The position numbers and the translations under genes are program-made. From Escherichia phage Ec_Makalu_002: a DNA stretch of 64,000 bases. The DNA is taken from the sequence record MN709127.1. One strand, written 5' to 3'. This document shows, one piece after another, positions 34,128 to 43,457 of this stretch (within the stretch, counting starts at the first letter, position 1; each line of letters begins with the position of its first letter). The notes beneath the pieces were generated by a model that worked only from the letters and a program-made list of their open reading frames with translations, ran no database searches and had not been told where the DNA came from.

Positions 34128-35369
34128 ATGACTCATATTTTTACTGAACTGTTGCGGGAATCTACTTCCTCAGTAGCTAACCAGACAGCGCGACCGCAAC
34201 TATTATCATTAACTCGCGCGGTAAACAACCTGATTTTCTCTGATCTGGTAGCAATCCAGCCAACGGATCAACCAGTATCTGCATTGTACGGCCTACGTTA
34301 TCTTAATCGTGATGGTCAGATGACTTTCCGAACTGCTGCAACCTACGGTGGTGCGGTTGGTGATCGCACAGAGATTGAAGAGTTTTCAAAAGAAAAATCT
34401 TATGACGAAGGCGCACTATTCAAATCAGGCGATGTTGTATACGAAGTTGTGACCGCTGGTACAGTCGGTGAAGATGCCGCAACTCCAGAAGCTGCGATCT
34501 TTAAAGGCGTAATGACAAACAAAATTCGTTTCTATAGCGATTGTGCATCGGTAGAATACTTTGAAGATAAAAACACCGAAATTGCGTCTACCTCTATGCA
34601 GTTTGACAAGTGGCAAGTTAATGTAGGTTCTCGTAAACTGAAAACCTCGTTCACCACTGAATTAATGCAGGATCTTGAGGCAAGCCAAATCAACTCTGAA
34701 AACTCTGTAATTGATCTTCTGGCTACTGTTGCTTCCGAAGAGATCAACAAAGATATTATTCAGAAGTTGATCACTGTATCATCTCGCTATAAAATTAAAG
34801 GGATCACCCCTGATGGCGTACTTTCTCTCGTTAGCGTTCAGGATGCACCAACACAAGCGCGTGAACTTTACCGCTATGCTTGCGAGATGAGCAATCAAAT
34901 GTTGCGGACTTCCTCCTTTGCTGGTACATACGTTTTGGCGTCTTCTCGCGTGGTTGGCCTCCTGCAATCTTCCGGTTGGATGGAAGAAACCGACAATGCT
35001 CTAAGCGAAGGTCGTCTACGTTGCGGTCTGGAAGTTTACGCAGACACGACAACACCTTTCGATTATATGCTCGTTGGTTGCAAGCACATGATCGGTGATA
35101 TGGAGAGTGTCGGTTCTCTGTTCTACTCCCCATATACAGAAGCTGACGGCGCTGGCGCGTATAAGAGCGTAATTGACCCTAATAGCTTCCAGCATCATGT
35201 AGCTATTATGAATCGTTATTCACTCTCTGTCAACCCATACACATCAAAAGTTGATCAGGAAGAACACCAGGTCATCAAGGGTGACGATTGGGGTAAAATG
35301 GCTGGACGTTCAGAAATGTCCTACATTTTAGGAATCGAACTGCCACCACTTGAGATTGACAACGCTTAA
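34128..35369 (+). CDS. 24: Capsid vertex protein gp24
   Basis: ORF track starts at TTG 34080 (overlapping the late promoter); ATG 34128 gives MTHIFTELLRES..., aligning with T4 gp24 N-terminus as recalled. Confidence 0.85.
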   Translation: MTHIFTELLRESTSSVANQTARPQLLSLTRAVNNLIFSDLVAIQPTDQPVSALYGLRYLNRDGQMTFRTAATYGGAVGDRTEIEEFSKEKSYDEGALFKSGDVVYEVVTAGTVGEDAATPEAAIFKGVMTNKIRFYSDCASVEYFEDKNTEIASTSMQFDKWQVNVGSRKLKTSFTTELMQDLEASQINSENSVIDLLATVASEEINKDIIQKLITVSSRYKIKGITPDGVLSLVSVQDAPTQARELYRYACEMSNQMLRTSSFAGTYVLASSRVVGLLQSSGWMEETDNALSEGRLRCGLEVYADTTTPFDYMLVGCKHMIGDMESVGSLFYSPYTEADGAGAYKSVIDPNSFQHHVAIMNRYSLSVNPYTSKVDQEEHQVIKGDDWGKMAGRSEMSYILGIELPPLEIDNA

Positions 35370-35957
35370 CTAAATATCTAACCAAGACAAGTCAGATCCG
35401 CCCAAGATTTTTTCGACGGCGGATCTATTTTCTTGATGATATAAGTTAAAACATGGTATCCCATGTCTACGGGCAACATAAACAGCAATTCGAGTTCCTC
35501 CCGAAACGATTCCATTAACTTCTTTCGCCCAGAATATCACACAATCTACAGGATCATCAAGTGTCTCACCTAAGACTTGAGCAACATTTCTAGAAAACAG
35601 ATTTTGCATGTATAACGGTATAGAACGAGGATTATCATAAACGTGTTCTAATTCATCCATCGCCAGATTTTTTTGTTCTAAGGTTTGCCATGCAATCACA
35701 TCATGACCGTTATGCTTGTGATCATAAAACTTCCAATTTGGAATGAAAATTTTTCTATAATCTGGATCGTAATACTTCATGAAAGCATTGTCCATACCGT
35801 AAGCCCCTCCAGAATGCGCTACAACGCGATTTTCTGACAATACCCTCCCAATGGTACTAGCCATTATCAAAATGTCGCTAGGCGCTTTTCTAGAGCCTAT
35901 TAAAGCACATCTACGAAGTGGTTTTACTCCAAATAGATCTTGTAACTGGTCAAACAT
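35370..35957 (-). CDS. SLOG/DprA-like Rossmann-fold protein
   Basis: Motifs ALIGSRKAPSD and VVAHSGGAYGMD resemble the DprA/Smf-LOG nucleotide-binding core; ATG with GGAGG site. Confidence 0.5.
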   Translation of the reverse strand: MFDQLQDLFGVKPLRRCALIGSRKAPSDILIMASTIGRVLSENRVVAHSGGAYGMDNAFMKYYDPDYRKIFIPNWKFYDHKHNGHDVIAWQTLEQKNLAMDELEHVYDNPRSIPLYMQNLFSRNVAQVLGETLDDPVDCVIFWAKEVNGIVSGGTRIAVYVARRHGIPCFNLYHQENRSAVEKILGGSDLSWLDI

Positions 35958-36110
35958 AATATTTCCTCCATAGAAAGCAATATCATACTACAAGTTAATA
36001 ACAAATACAAGTATCCGCGTAGCGGAAGCGAGCACAGCGAGCAATAAAACACTTCCAGTAATTGATTAATAAATGTTCGAAACAAATTTTTATTATTCTA
36101 TAAGATAAGT

Positions 36111-36135
36111 CTTCGTTTTGATCATAATTTAATCA
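36111..36135. repeat. Direct repeat copy 1 (CTTCGTTTTGATCATAATTTAATCA)
   Basis: Identical 25-mer repeated 149 bp downstream in a region without ORFs. Confidence 0.5.
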
Positions 36136-36259
36136 TACATGTAAAAACGACACAAAAGGATATCGCTTCGCGAACTCCTACGGAGTATAACATTTGTGTT
36201 ACATTATGTGGTGATTAATAATTAATCAAAGATACATTTTCTATGTTCTAAAGATCTTT

Positions 36260-36284
36260 CTTCGTTTTGATCATAATTTAATCA
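36260..36284. repeat. Direct repeat copy 2
   Basis: Identical to 36111-36135. Confidence 0.5.
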
Positions 36285-36336
36285 AACAGTATTAATATTG
36301 TCCATATGTAAACTAAAATTATGTCAGTAATAGATA

Positions 36337-36362
36337 CAAAAAAGCCGCCCCGAAGGACGGCT
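36337..36362 (-). terminator. Minus-strand terminator after 36371..36808 gene
   Basis: Hairpin AGCCGTCCTTCGGGGCGGCT followed by T-run on minus strand. Confidence 0.5.
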
Positions 36363-36370
36363 AATGTTAA

Positions 36371-36808
36371 TTATTTGTTGATAACGATCTGATTTCGGCG
36401 AATGGTAACATTACTCTTAGAGATGATCAGATCATCCGGCACTACGTTAGTTTTGTATGGTTGGAAGCGAACAAGCATCTGATTGCGTTTAGACCCTTCC
36501 TTAATCTTGATTTCCATCTGGATATTGTTGCCTACGTGAGCAACCGCAATTTCACCTTTATTCTCATAGACCCACTTGCTGGTAACGTCTCCCGCAAAAG
36601 CCTTAATAACTTGCAATGCTTCGTCGTATGCGGTAGAGCTGTGAACTTTCAGAAGGCCAGCCGTAGCAAGACGGGAGCAGGTGATCGCCGGAGATTGCCA
36701 AACATCAACATTAATTTGCTCAATCAGAGTAACACCGCCCTGATCAACTGCTTTGAATGCTTCGAACATTGCCTTTTTCATTGCTACGTGGTTTTTACGG
36801 AATTTCAT
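36371..36808 (-). CDS. Hypothetical protein
   Basis: 145 aa ORF with ATG start; followed by terminator. Confidence 0.5.
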   Translation of the reverse strand: MKFRKNHVAMKKAMFEAFKAVDQGGVTLIEQINVDVWQSPAITCSRLATAGLLKVHSSTAYDEALQVIKAFAGDVTSKWVYENKGEIAVAHVGNNIQMEIKIKEGSKRNQMLVRFQPYKTNVVPDDLIISKSNVTIRRNQIVINK

Positions 36809-36854
36809 AATTAGTCACCTCTATTGATTAGTTATTCAGAATATTAATTACAAA

Positions 36855-37130
36855 TCAGGACATTGCCCGTTTGAATGCGTCCATTATAACAGTGTTATTT
36901 GGCTTGTCAACACGTTTTTGAACTTTATTTTTAAATTTTTTGTTTATGTGGTGTTTACGATAAACAACCTTTTCACGGCTGGCGTAAGCCTCGCGTGCAT
37001 CTTTTACCATCAACCATGCCTTAGCCGCATCTTGTCCGCTGATCCCGCCAATCTTCTTAGCAATATCAACAAAATTAAGACCGTGATCTTCGCGTAGCAT
37101 GTAAACCATTAACGCTGTTTTCTTGTCCAT
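36855..37130 (-). CDS. Hypothetical protein (possible helix-turn-helix)
   Basis: 91 aa ORF; start overlaps stop of upstream ORF. Confidence 0.45.
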   Translation of the reverse strand: MDKKTALMVYMLREDHGLNFVDIAKKIGGISGQDAAKAWLMVKDAREAYASREKVVYRKHHINKKFKNKVQKRVDKPNNTVIMDAFKRAMS

Positions 37131-37327
37131 TACTTCGCCTCATTGACGATTAACAGGATAGTGATCAGTACCGGAAACTGGATCATGACAGTACCAATAA
37201 ACCGGATAAACGCATTTTCTGACTTCCACACATGACATGCGACTAGCTGATAGACCATTGTTGCAACCAAAGCCAGAAAATACATCTCGATTGGCGTTTC
37301 TTTGATCAATCGTACAATCTCATTCAT
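37130..37327 (-). CDS. Small hydrophobic (membrane) protein
   Basis: 65 aa with two hydrophobic stretches. Confidence 0.45.
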   Translation of the reverse strand: MNEIVRLIKETPIEMYFLALVATMVYQLVACHVWKSENAFIRFIGTVMIQFPVLITILLIVNEAK

Positions 37328-37496
37328 ACTTCACCTCATACATTCATAAACACAACAACGAATAGGACAGTAACAGTTATTAAAGCCATTTTCAACCCCA
37401 TATTCATAATATTTTCTTCGCCTCACGATGACAGTAGCATGTCGATGCGTGCCATTATAGGCATCTAAATCGCTCTGTCAAGCACAAAAACAAAAA

Positions 37497-37516
37497 AGCC
37501 ACCCCGAAGGATGGCT
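37497..37516 (-). terminator. Minus-strand terminator after hoc-like gene
   Basis: Hairpin AGCCATCCTTCGGGGTGGCT followed by T-run on minus strand; sister of the 36337 hairpin. Confidence 0.5.
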
Positions 37517-37527
37517 GATAGATTTCA

Positions 37528-38730
37528 TTAATCACGAATGCGTAGAACTCGCTCTAACGTCTCTCGGTCCAGTTTATGTAACTCTTTGGAATGATACATG
37601 AAACCATTGCGAGATTCCATGCAAGTGCAATCACTATATTTTTCTTCCGCTGCCGCGATTGTCTCCAGATCTTTGGCGTACTTGCTGGTTGAATAAACTT
37701 CTCGGTTACGCCACTCTAACCCAGCCTCATTGAATTTAACAATCTCGTCAAATACCCACCATCCAATGTAGATAAATGAAGTTTTGCGCCACGGGATCGG
37801 GTGTACGTAACGAAACATTTTAACAACTTCCATTGAACATTTTCTACTTGTACTTGTTGCAACTTCTACTGTTTCATCTTCGATCTGTTGATATAGTTTA
37901 GCAACACACCAGAATTTGGCTGTGTCATCGTAAGTAGCACTCTCTTTGAACAGATGACCGTCTGGCATGATAGAAAATCCTTCCAGTGCTTCGCCGACCT
38001 CACTACCGATTAGAGTCGGTGACAGTTGTCCTTCGCGCTGCAAATACCAGTTATGTTTGATCGTCAATGTAGGCATACCGCTAGAATCGCCTACAATGTC
38101 CTCTGACACAACATAATTAAGTGAGATCTCATTACCTAGTGCCACGGTCTTTGATTCCACCACATCCTGTTCTACGTTCATTGTTGCCAGCATGATTTTA
38201 GTCGATGCGCTATCGGCTGAATCTTCCGACTCACCCCACACTTTTACAGTATACACGCCGTTTTTATCTGCTGTAAATTTTTGGATCGTAATATCCTGTG
38301 TTGTGTCTATAACTTCTTCGCCCTTACTCCAACTATAATGTAGTTCATAGTTGTCTGCTGGAGTCTTCCCACCCGAAAATTTTACTGTTGCATGTAATTC
38401 TACGTTTGTTTGTGATGATACGTAGAATTGCTGCGGTTCGGTGATATTTACGATTAATTCAGCTTCTTCCATGAGGAAAACTTCAGATTCTACTGATTCC
38501 ATCGTATCGGTATCTTGTACCGTTACTTTATAGCTACCCGCATTTTCACTTGTTGCGTCTGCTACAGTTAGCGTAGCTGTGCTATTTTCATGCGGTTGGT
38601 CGTCTTTTGTCCATGTATATGTCAAATTGCTGGGTAATGGTTCGTCACCCGCTACAGTCGCCGTTAAGGTGAAACCATCTCCAGCAAGAAAACATCTTTT
38701 GTTGGATTGTATTGATACTGTGAAAGCCAT
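37528..38730 (-). CDS. hoc: Hoc-like outer capsid protein with Ig-like domains
   Basis: 400 aa; repeated Ig-like segments (TYTWTKDD...ENAGSYKVTV, YSWSKGEE...KNGVYTVKV); position relative to gene 24 as in T4. Confidence 0.6.
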   Translation of the reverse strand: MAFTVSIQSNKRCFLAGDGFTLTATVAGDEPLPSNLTYTWTKDDQPHENSTATLTVADATSENAGSYKVTVQDTDTMESVESEVFLMEEAELIVNITEPQQFYVSSQTNVELHATVKFSGGKTPADNYELHYSWSKGEEVIDTTQDITIQKFTADKNGVYTVKVWGESEDSADSASTKIMLATMNVEQDVVESKTVALGNEISLNYVVSEDIVGDSSGMPTLTIKHNWYLQREGQLSPTLIGSEVGEALEGFSIMPDGHLFKESATYDDTAKFWCVAKLYQQIEDETVEVATSTSRKCSMEVVKMFRYVHPIPWRKTSFIYIGWWVFDEIVKFNEAGLEWRNREVYSTSKYAKDLETIAAAEEKYSDCTCMESRNGFMYHSKELHKLDRETLERVLRIRD

Positions 38731-38825
38731 ATAAAGCCACTCCCATAGAAAATCCGAATTTAATTAATTGAAATAGTTGATTGCCATCAACCAGATAACC
38801 ATTGCGAGATTCCAATACATGAGTA

Positions 38826-38990
38826 TTAGAATAGTGATGTAACGAGGCCGAAATAGTATCGATCTCGTCTTGGTATTTGTTCTGTTATAAAGTCTGCTGT
38901 ACTAACAACAATCTTTAACAGAAGTGGATGACCAACGGAGCCATAAACCGGACCTTCTGTTTGATGTAATACATTGATTTTGTTAGACAT
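38826..38990 (-). CDS. Small hypothetical protein (54 aa)
   Basis: ATG with AAGAGGA site; below ORF-track cut-off. Confidence 0.3.
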   Translation of the reverse strand: MSNKINVLHQTEGPVYGSVGHPLLLKIVVSTADFITEQIPRRDRYYFGLVTSLF

Positions 38991-39068
38991 GTAGTATCCT
39001 CTTTTAATTGCATAACGGAACTACAATTAAAATTATAACAAATATTTCACAACTTTTATCACCCAAAA

Positions 39069-39794
39069 TTACTTGAGTGTGTGGAATTGGCTATGTTTAG
39101 TCTCTCGCACCTTGACAGACCCATCGCGTTTGATATAATAGATCAGTGACTTGAGGGTGTCGTGTACATACGCGTGCGGGAAACGCTCTGGATACTTCTT
39201 CCAATCTGGAGTATTAACGATCCAGTCGAAAATCCACCACGGGCAGGAGTAGTAACCACGACCGCCACCGATCAAGCAAATGGTCGGACGGAAACCAGTA
39301 AGATCACAAAATGAATCAGTGTCATGTGCAGGAGAACGATGCTCTGCTTCGTCAGAGAAAATGTTTGCTACCGGAGATTCCACTTTAACTTCCGGTGCTT
39401 CTTCAACATCTGACTTAACTTCTTCGACCACTGGTTCAACTGCTGGAGATTCTTCTTTTGTTTCTTCAATGACGATCTCAGGTTCTTTCATTGCTTCAAC
39501 CAGAGACGGATCAACTTCGTCGAATACCACTTTATCATCTGCGGTATCTGCTGCCAGAATAAGGTCGTTAATACTGGTTCCTTCTGCCGGAGTTTCTTCT
39601 TCCATTTCGGAAGCCAGTTTAGTTAATTCGGTTTCTACGAACTCGATCATGTTCTCTAGTGATAAAGTCTTTTTGACCTTGATATCAAATTGTTTTGCAT
39701 AGTCTGCTAATTCTGTTTTAGCTGTTTTCTGTGCTTCTTTGTCGTCGGACGCCGCAATAGCGCGGAGTTCTTCGAAATATTCTTTATCAAACAT
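39069..39794 (-). CDS. Acidic hypothetical protein, possibly Inh-like
   Basis: 241 aa, acidic central region; placed next to hoc as inh is in T4; sequence identity not verified. Confidence 0.4.
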   Translation of the reverse strand: MFDKEYFEELRAIAASDDKEAQKTAKTELADYAKQFDIKVKKTLSLENMIEFVETELTKLASEMEEETPAEGTSINDLILAADTADDKVVFDEVDPSLVEAMKEPEIVIEETKEESPAVEPVVEEVKSDVEEAPEVKVESPVANIFSDEAEHRSPAHDTDSFCDLTGFRPTICLIGGGRGYYSCPWWIFDWIVNTPDWKKYPERFPHAYVHDTLKSLIYYIKRDGSVKVRETKHSQFHTLK

Positions 39795-39820
39795 GCTATT
39801 CTCCTGATTGGGGGTGTTTG

Positions 39821-39828
39821 TATAAATA
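39821..39828 (+). promoter_or_regulatory. T4-type late promoter TATAAATA upstream of uvsW
   Basis: Exact TATAAATA about 37 nt upstream of ATG 39865. Confidence 0.6.
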
Positions 39829-39864
39829 TTTGTATACTGTATTTATTGAGTGAGGCTATTCGCT

Positions 39865-41367
39865 ATGCAAGATATTAAAATTCACTTTCTGAACTACTCC
39901 CACGTTCAAATTGAATGTAGCGATTCAATTTTATTAGAAATGCGAGATTATTTTAGTTTTGAAGTCGAGGGAGCGCGGTTTCAAAAAAGATTTAAGTATG
40001 GCGGATGGGATGGGCGTATTCGTCTTTTAGATTACAATGGAAAGTTGCCAATCGGACTAACTAAAACCGTTGGTATCTTCGCTAAAAATATGGGTTATTC
40101 TGTTTGGGTAGACCCTCGCTTATTCGAGAAAGAACAGGTTACAGAAGAAGAGATCACAAAATGGTGTAACGACTTAGAATTATATTCCGGTGCTAACAGG
40201 ATCACCCCGCATTGGTATCAATCAAAGGCTGTCTTTGAAGGTATTCATCATAAACGCCGTATGTTAGTTTTGCCTACGTCCGCTGGTAAATCTGCGATTG
40301 CTTGTATGTTGTCTCGCTGGTACTTAGAGAACTACGAAGGGAAAGTGCTGATCATCGTTCCTACCACGTCTCTAGTGCTGCAAATGCGAGATGACTTTGT
40401 TGATTATCGCCAGTTTCCTTATGAAGCAATTCATACTATCATGAGCGGTACTAGTAAACACGTAGGTGATCGCCTGATCGTTGTTAGTACGTGGCAATCT
40501 GCATGTAAACAACCTCGTGAGTGGTTCCAACAATTCGGGATGGTTATTGTTGACGAATGTCACAAGGCCACGGCTAAAAACCTGCTAAACATCGTTACTG
40601 ATATGGATCATTGCCAATTTAAGATCGGTATGACTGGTTCCCCTCGTGACGGGAAAGCTAACATGATGCAGTATGTCGGGCTTTTCGGTGATATTTCTAA
40701 GATCGTGAGTATTGACCGCCTGATGGAAGAAGGTCAAGTGACAAAACTGAAAATTAACTGTCTTTTTCTTCGTTATACCGATGAGGAATGTAGCGCGGTT
40801 AAGGGGAGAGAATATGCGGAAGAGATCAAGTATATTACATCTAACCCACGACGTAATAAGTTTGCTTGCAATTTGGCGCTAAAACTCGCTAAGAAGGGCG
40901 AAAACGTATTCCTGATGTTCCGCAACACTAAGCACGGAAAACTTATGTATGATGCGTTACAGAAGGTACATGACAAGGTTTATTATATTGACGGTGGAGT
41001 TAAGACAGAAGAACGTGATGAATTTAAGAAAATGGCGGAAGGTGACACCGGGATCATTTGTGTTGCGTCTTATGGTGTGTTCTCTACTGGTGTTTCCATC
41101 AAGAACTTGCATCATGTTATTTTCGGTCATCCAGTGAAGGAATCAACCATCGTTCGTCAGAGTATCGGTCGTGCATTGCGTAAACATGGTTCTAAGGATA
41201 TTGCTACCGTTTGGGATCTTATCGATCATTTGGCGGTGAAGACAAAGAGCAAGAATGCTAAGAAACAGTTTAGTCACCTTAATTATGCTCTTAAACACGC
41301 GCTTTTGAGGATACAGCTTTACAATACCGATAAATTTGAGTATGCCACGAAAACCATCGAGATTTAA
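39865..41367 (+). CDS. uvsW: UvsW DNA helicase
   Basis: ORF track starts at GTG 39850; ATG 39865 gives MQDIKIHF...; helicase motifs LPTSAGKS (Walker A), VDECH (Walker B); strong resemblance to T4 UvsW. Confidence 0.9.
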   Translation: MQDIKIHFLNYSHVQIECSDSILLEMRDYFSFEVEGARFQKRFKYGGWDGRIRLLDYNGKLPIGLTKTVGIFAKNMGYSVWVDPRLFEKEQVTEEEITKWCNDLELYSGANRITPHWYQSKAVFEGIHHKRRMLVLPTSAGKSAIACMLSRWYLENYEGKVLIIVPTTSLVLQMRDDFVDYRQFPYEAIHTIMSGTSKHVGDRLIVVSTWQSACKQPREWFQQFGMVIVDECHKATAKNLLNIVTDMDHCQFKIGMTGSPRDGKANMMQYVGLFGDISKIVSIDRLMEEGQVTKLKINCLFLRYTDEECSAVKGREYAEEIKYITSNPRRNKFACNLALKLAKKGENVFLMFRNTKHGKLMYDALQKVHDKVYYIDGGVKTEERDEFKKMAEGDTGIICVASYGVFSTGVSIKNLHHVIFGHPVKESTIVRQSIGRALRKHGSKDIATVWDLIDHLAVKTKSKNAKKQFSHLNYALKHALLRIQLYNTDKFEYATKTIEI

Positions 41368-41372
41368 TAAAT

Positions 41373-41396
41373 AGGGGCTTTAATGCCCCTTTATTC
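41373..41396 (+). terminator. Terminator hairpin after uvsW
   Basis: AGGGGC-TTTAAT-GCCCCT followed by TT-rich tract. Confidence 0.5.
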
Positions 41397-41410
41397 TACG
41401 GAGATTAAAA

Positions 41411-41647
41411 ATGATTAGCTTTAAACGTTTTTTGGTTGAGGCCGCTATTGACGGTTTCATGAGTAAGATTTATTCTTGTAATACTATCGAGGGATTGAAT
41501 GAACTTGAGGCATATTATGAGAAGCGCAAGAAAGAAACAGAATTGAAACCTGCTGATGATATTTCGATCCGTGATGCCATCGCCGGACGCCGTAAGCAAC
41601 TGGAGGCCGACAACGAGCCAGAAGAGGAGCCGGAAGAGGATTTTTAA
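41411..41647 (+). CDS. uvsW.1: UvsW.1
   Basis: 78 aa with acidic C-terminus directly after uvsW, as in T4. Confidence 0.7.
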   Translation: MISFKRFLVEAAIDGFMSKIYSCNTIEGLNELEAYYEKRKKETELKPADDISIRDAIAGRRKQLEADNEPEEEPEEDF

Positions 41648-41650
41648 GAT

Positions 41651-41677
41651 ATAAAAAAGCCCCATCAATGATGGGGC
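41651..41677 (-). terminator. Minus-strand terminator between convergent uvsW.1 and uvsY-side genes
   Basis: Hairpin GCCCCAT...ATGGGGC with T-run on minus strand. Confidence 0.5.
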
Positions 41678-41710
41678 AAAATAAACCAATTAAAATCGGT
41701 TATCAACAAA

Positions 41711-41887
41711 TTACATTAACAGCATTGTTTGCTCTACGAGTTGTTCTTGTTCTTCGCCGTTCGCATCTTCACTAATCGAACGTTCTGTTACTAGCTGTAA
41801 GCAGTAGCCAGTGTGAACAACGCCGTTTTCTGTCTGGACGGCTAACGCATCCTCGACAGGTTGTTTACAACAAATACAGATTTTCAT
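41711..41887 (-). CDS. Small Cys-rich protein (58 aa), uvsY.-1-like position
   Basis: ATG with AGGAGG site; CICC...C pattern; below ORF-track cut-off. Confidence 0.45.
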   Translation of the reverse strand: MKICICCKQPVEDALAVQTENGVVHTGYCLQLVTERSISEDANGEEQEQLVEQTMLLM

Positions 41888-41907
41888 AAAATTCCTCCTG
41901 CATGTAT

Positions 41908-42315
41908 TTAGCGACCAGATTCCAGCATACGCAATTCTATTGCATTCTTGATCGCAAAGCCACGAGATTTAACGATATCAAGTGCGCGACCAGCGAAATC
42001 CATTACCATCTGGTAATATGCAATTTTCGTATCAAGTGGTAAGATCTCGTCATCTGCTGCCATGACAACTTTCAATTCTGATTTCTCATACTCAGCGCGA
42101 CACCAGTCATCACTACGGTTAGTGTAAAAGTCAAGACGATTTTTCATAGCCTTTTTCTTTTTAGCCTCAAGAGCAATCGTCTCTCGCTTCGCCTCGCTGT
42201 AAATCCTTAACCACTTTGAGTATACTACCGGATTATTCAGCGCCTCCCATTGCAACTTAGTCGCATCGATCTTCATGTCAGCTTCTAATTGTTCTTTCAA
42301 ATCGTTTAGGTCCAT
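41908..42315 (-). CDS. uvsY: UvsY recombination mediator
   Basis: 135 aa; matches T4 UvsY pattern as recalled (KLQ.EA.NN...YSKWL, KSRGFAIK). Confidence 0.85.
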   Translation of the reverse strand: MDLNDLKEQLEADMKIDATKLQWEALNNPVVYSKWLRIYSEAKRETIALEAKKKKAMKNRLDFYTNRSDDWCRAEYEKSELKVVMAADDEILPLDTKIAYYQMVMDFAGRALDIVKSRGFAIKNAIELRMLESGR

Positions 42316-42362
42316 AATATCCCCTTATTCACACTAAGACCTATATCATATCACACGCAAAA

Positions 42363-42761
42363 TCATTTTGCAAGTCTTATGCGTAGTTGTTCAAGATCAT
42401 CTGGGTTATCTATTACTGAAAAGTAGATTGATACTATGATTGAATTATCGTCGTACTGCGGAGTTACTTCTACTGTCAGGTTTCGGACCCGTGGTTCATA
42501 GTTTCGGATTGCCTCATTAATGTTTTTTGATAAGGTATCCACTGTCAGTGGGTTCATGTTCTCAAACAGTGATTTATTGAGGTCACATCCAAACAGTGGA
42601 TCAAATGGACGAGATCCCTTGCGAGTAGTCACGATCAGTAGAATAGAATCCTTAACCGCTTTAATTCCTATGTTCTTTTTAACGTCGTTATTCCACGATC
42701 TGGATATATTGAGATCCAAATCAGTATACATCTGATTAATTGTTGCCATGTTATACCTCAA
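42363..42761 (-). CDS. 25: Baseplate wedge protein gp25
   Basis: 132 aa (T4 gp25 132 aa); synteny. Confidence 0.8.
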   Translation of the reverse strand: MRYNMATINQMYTDLDLNISRSWNNDVKKNIGIKAVKDSILLIVTTRKGSRPFDPLFGCDLNKSLFENMNPLTVDTLSKNINEAIRNYEPRVRNLTVEVTPQYDDNSIIVSIYFSVIDNPDDLEQLRIRLAK

Positions 42762-43387
42762 AGAATTTTAAGGAAACTGGATAGACCTGATAATGAATAT
42801 ACACCAGATTCCCCGCATTCGCATTTGATCGGTACTGCCAGCGTGATTTGATTTCTTGTTAGCTCGTCGATCACTTCTTCCACTTTATCCGTGGTAAGCA
42901 TATCCAACACGCGGTCAAAGTCCTGCGCGTTCAGGTCGTCTATATTGAATTGCTGATCGCCGATCACGATATATTCGATACATGCAATTACCATCTGCAT
43001 AATATCAACATCTTCTGTAAACTTAGGTTGACGAAACTTGATTTTTACTTGTCCTAAGTCTAGAATATACGGTTCGACTTCTGGTATCTGTGTGCGTGAA
43101 ACATCAAGAGAATATACTTTCTCTTTATTGCATACACCACACACCCAAGTAGCATCAATTTTCATCTTATTGAGGCTGTGACACCATAAGAGAAGAAAAA
43201 TATATTCTGCTTCGCATTTCTCTAGCTCTAATGCATTGATCCCCGTACATTCGTATATAATCTCTATAACAACATCTGACAGCTTGCCAGTCTCTTTTGC
43301 TGCTACCAGTTTTTGAAATTCGCCGAAGGTGAAAGCACGGGCGTGTATCAACTTTTCGCCTATTTGGATCTTGAAAAAGTATTGCAT
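42758..43387 (-). CDS. 26: Baseplate hub protein gp26
   Basis: 209 aa; synteny and size. Confidence 0.75.
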   Translation of the reverse strand: MQYFFKIQIGEKLIHARAFTFGEFQKLVAAKETGKLSDVVIEIIYECTGINALELEKCEAEYIFLLLWCHSLNKMKIDATWVCGVCNKEKVYSLDVSRTQIPEVEPYILDLGQVKIKFRQPKFTEDVDIMQMVIACIEYIVIGDQQFNIDDLNAQDFDRVLDMLTTDKVEEVIDELTRNQITLAVPIKCECGESGVYSLSGLSSFLKIL

Positions 43388-43429
43388 AATAAAACACCCT
43401 TTATAAACACATAGAATTATTTAGTATTT

Positions 43430-43437
43430 TATAAATA
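43430..43437 (+). promoter_or_regulatory. T4-type late promoter TATAAATA upstream of gene 51
   Basis: Exact TATAAATA about 21 nt upstream of ATG 43458. Confidence 0.6.
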
Positions 43438-43457
43438 CCCGAAAGGGGGATTATACC

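Noticed and set aside
39280-39702. 140-aa plus-strand Ser/Thr-rich ORF
   Set aside because: Antisense to the acidic Inh-like gene; composition reflects the complementary strand of GAA/GAT-rich codons.
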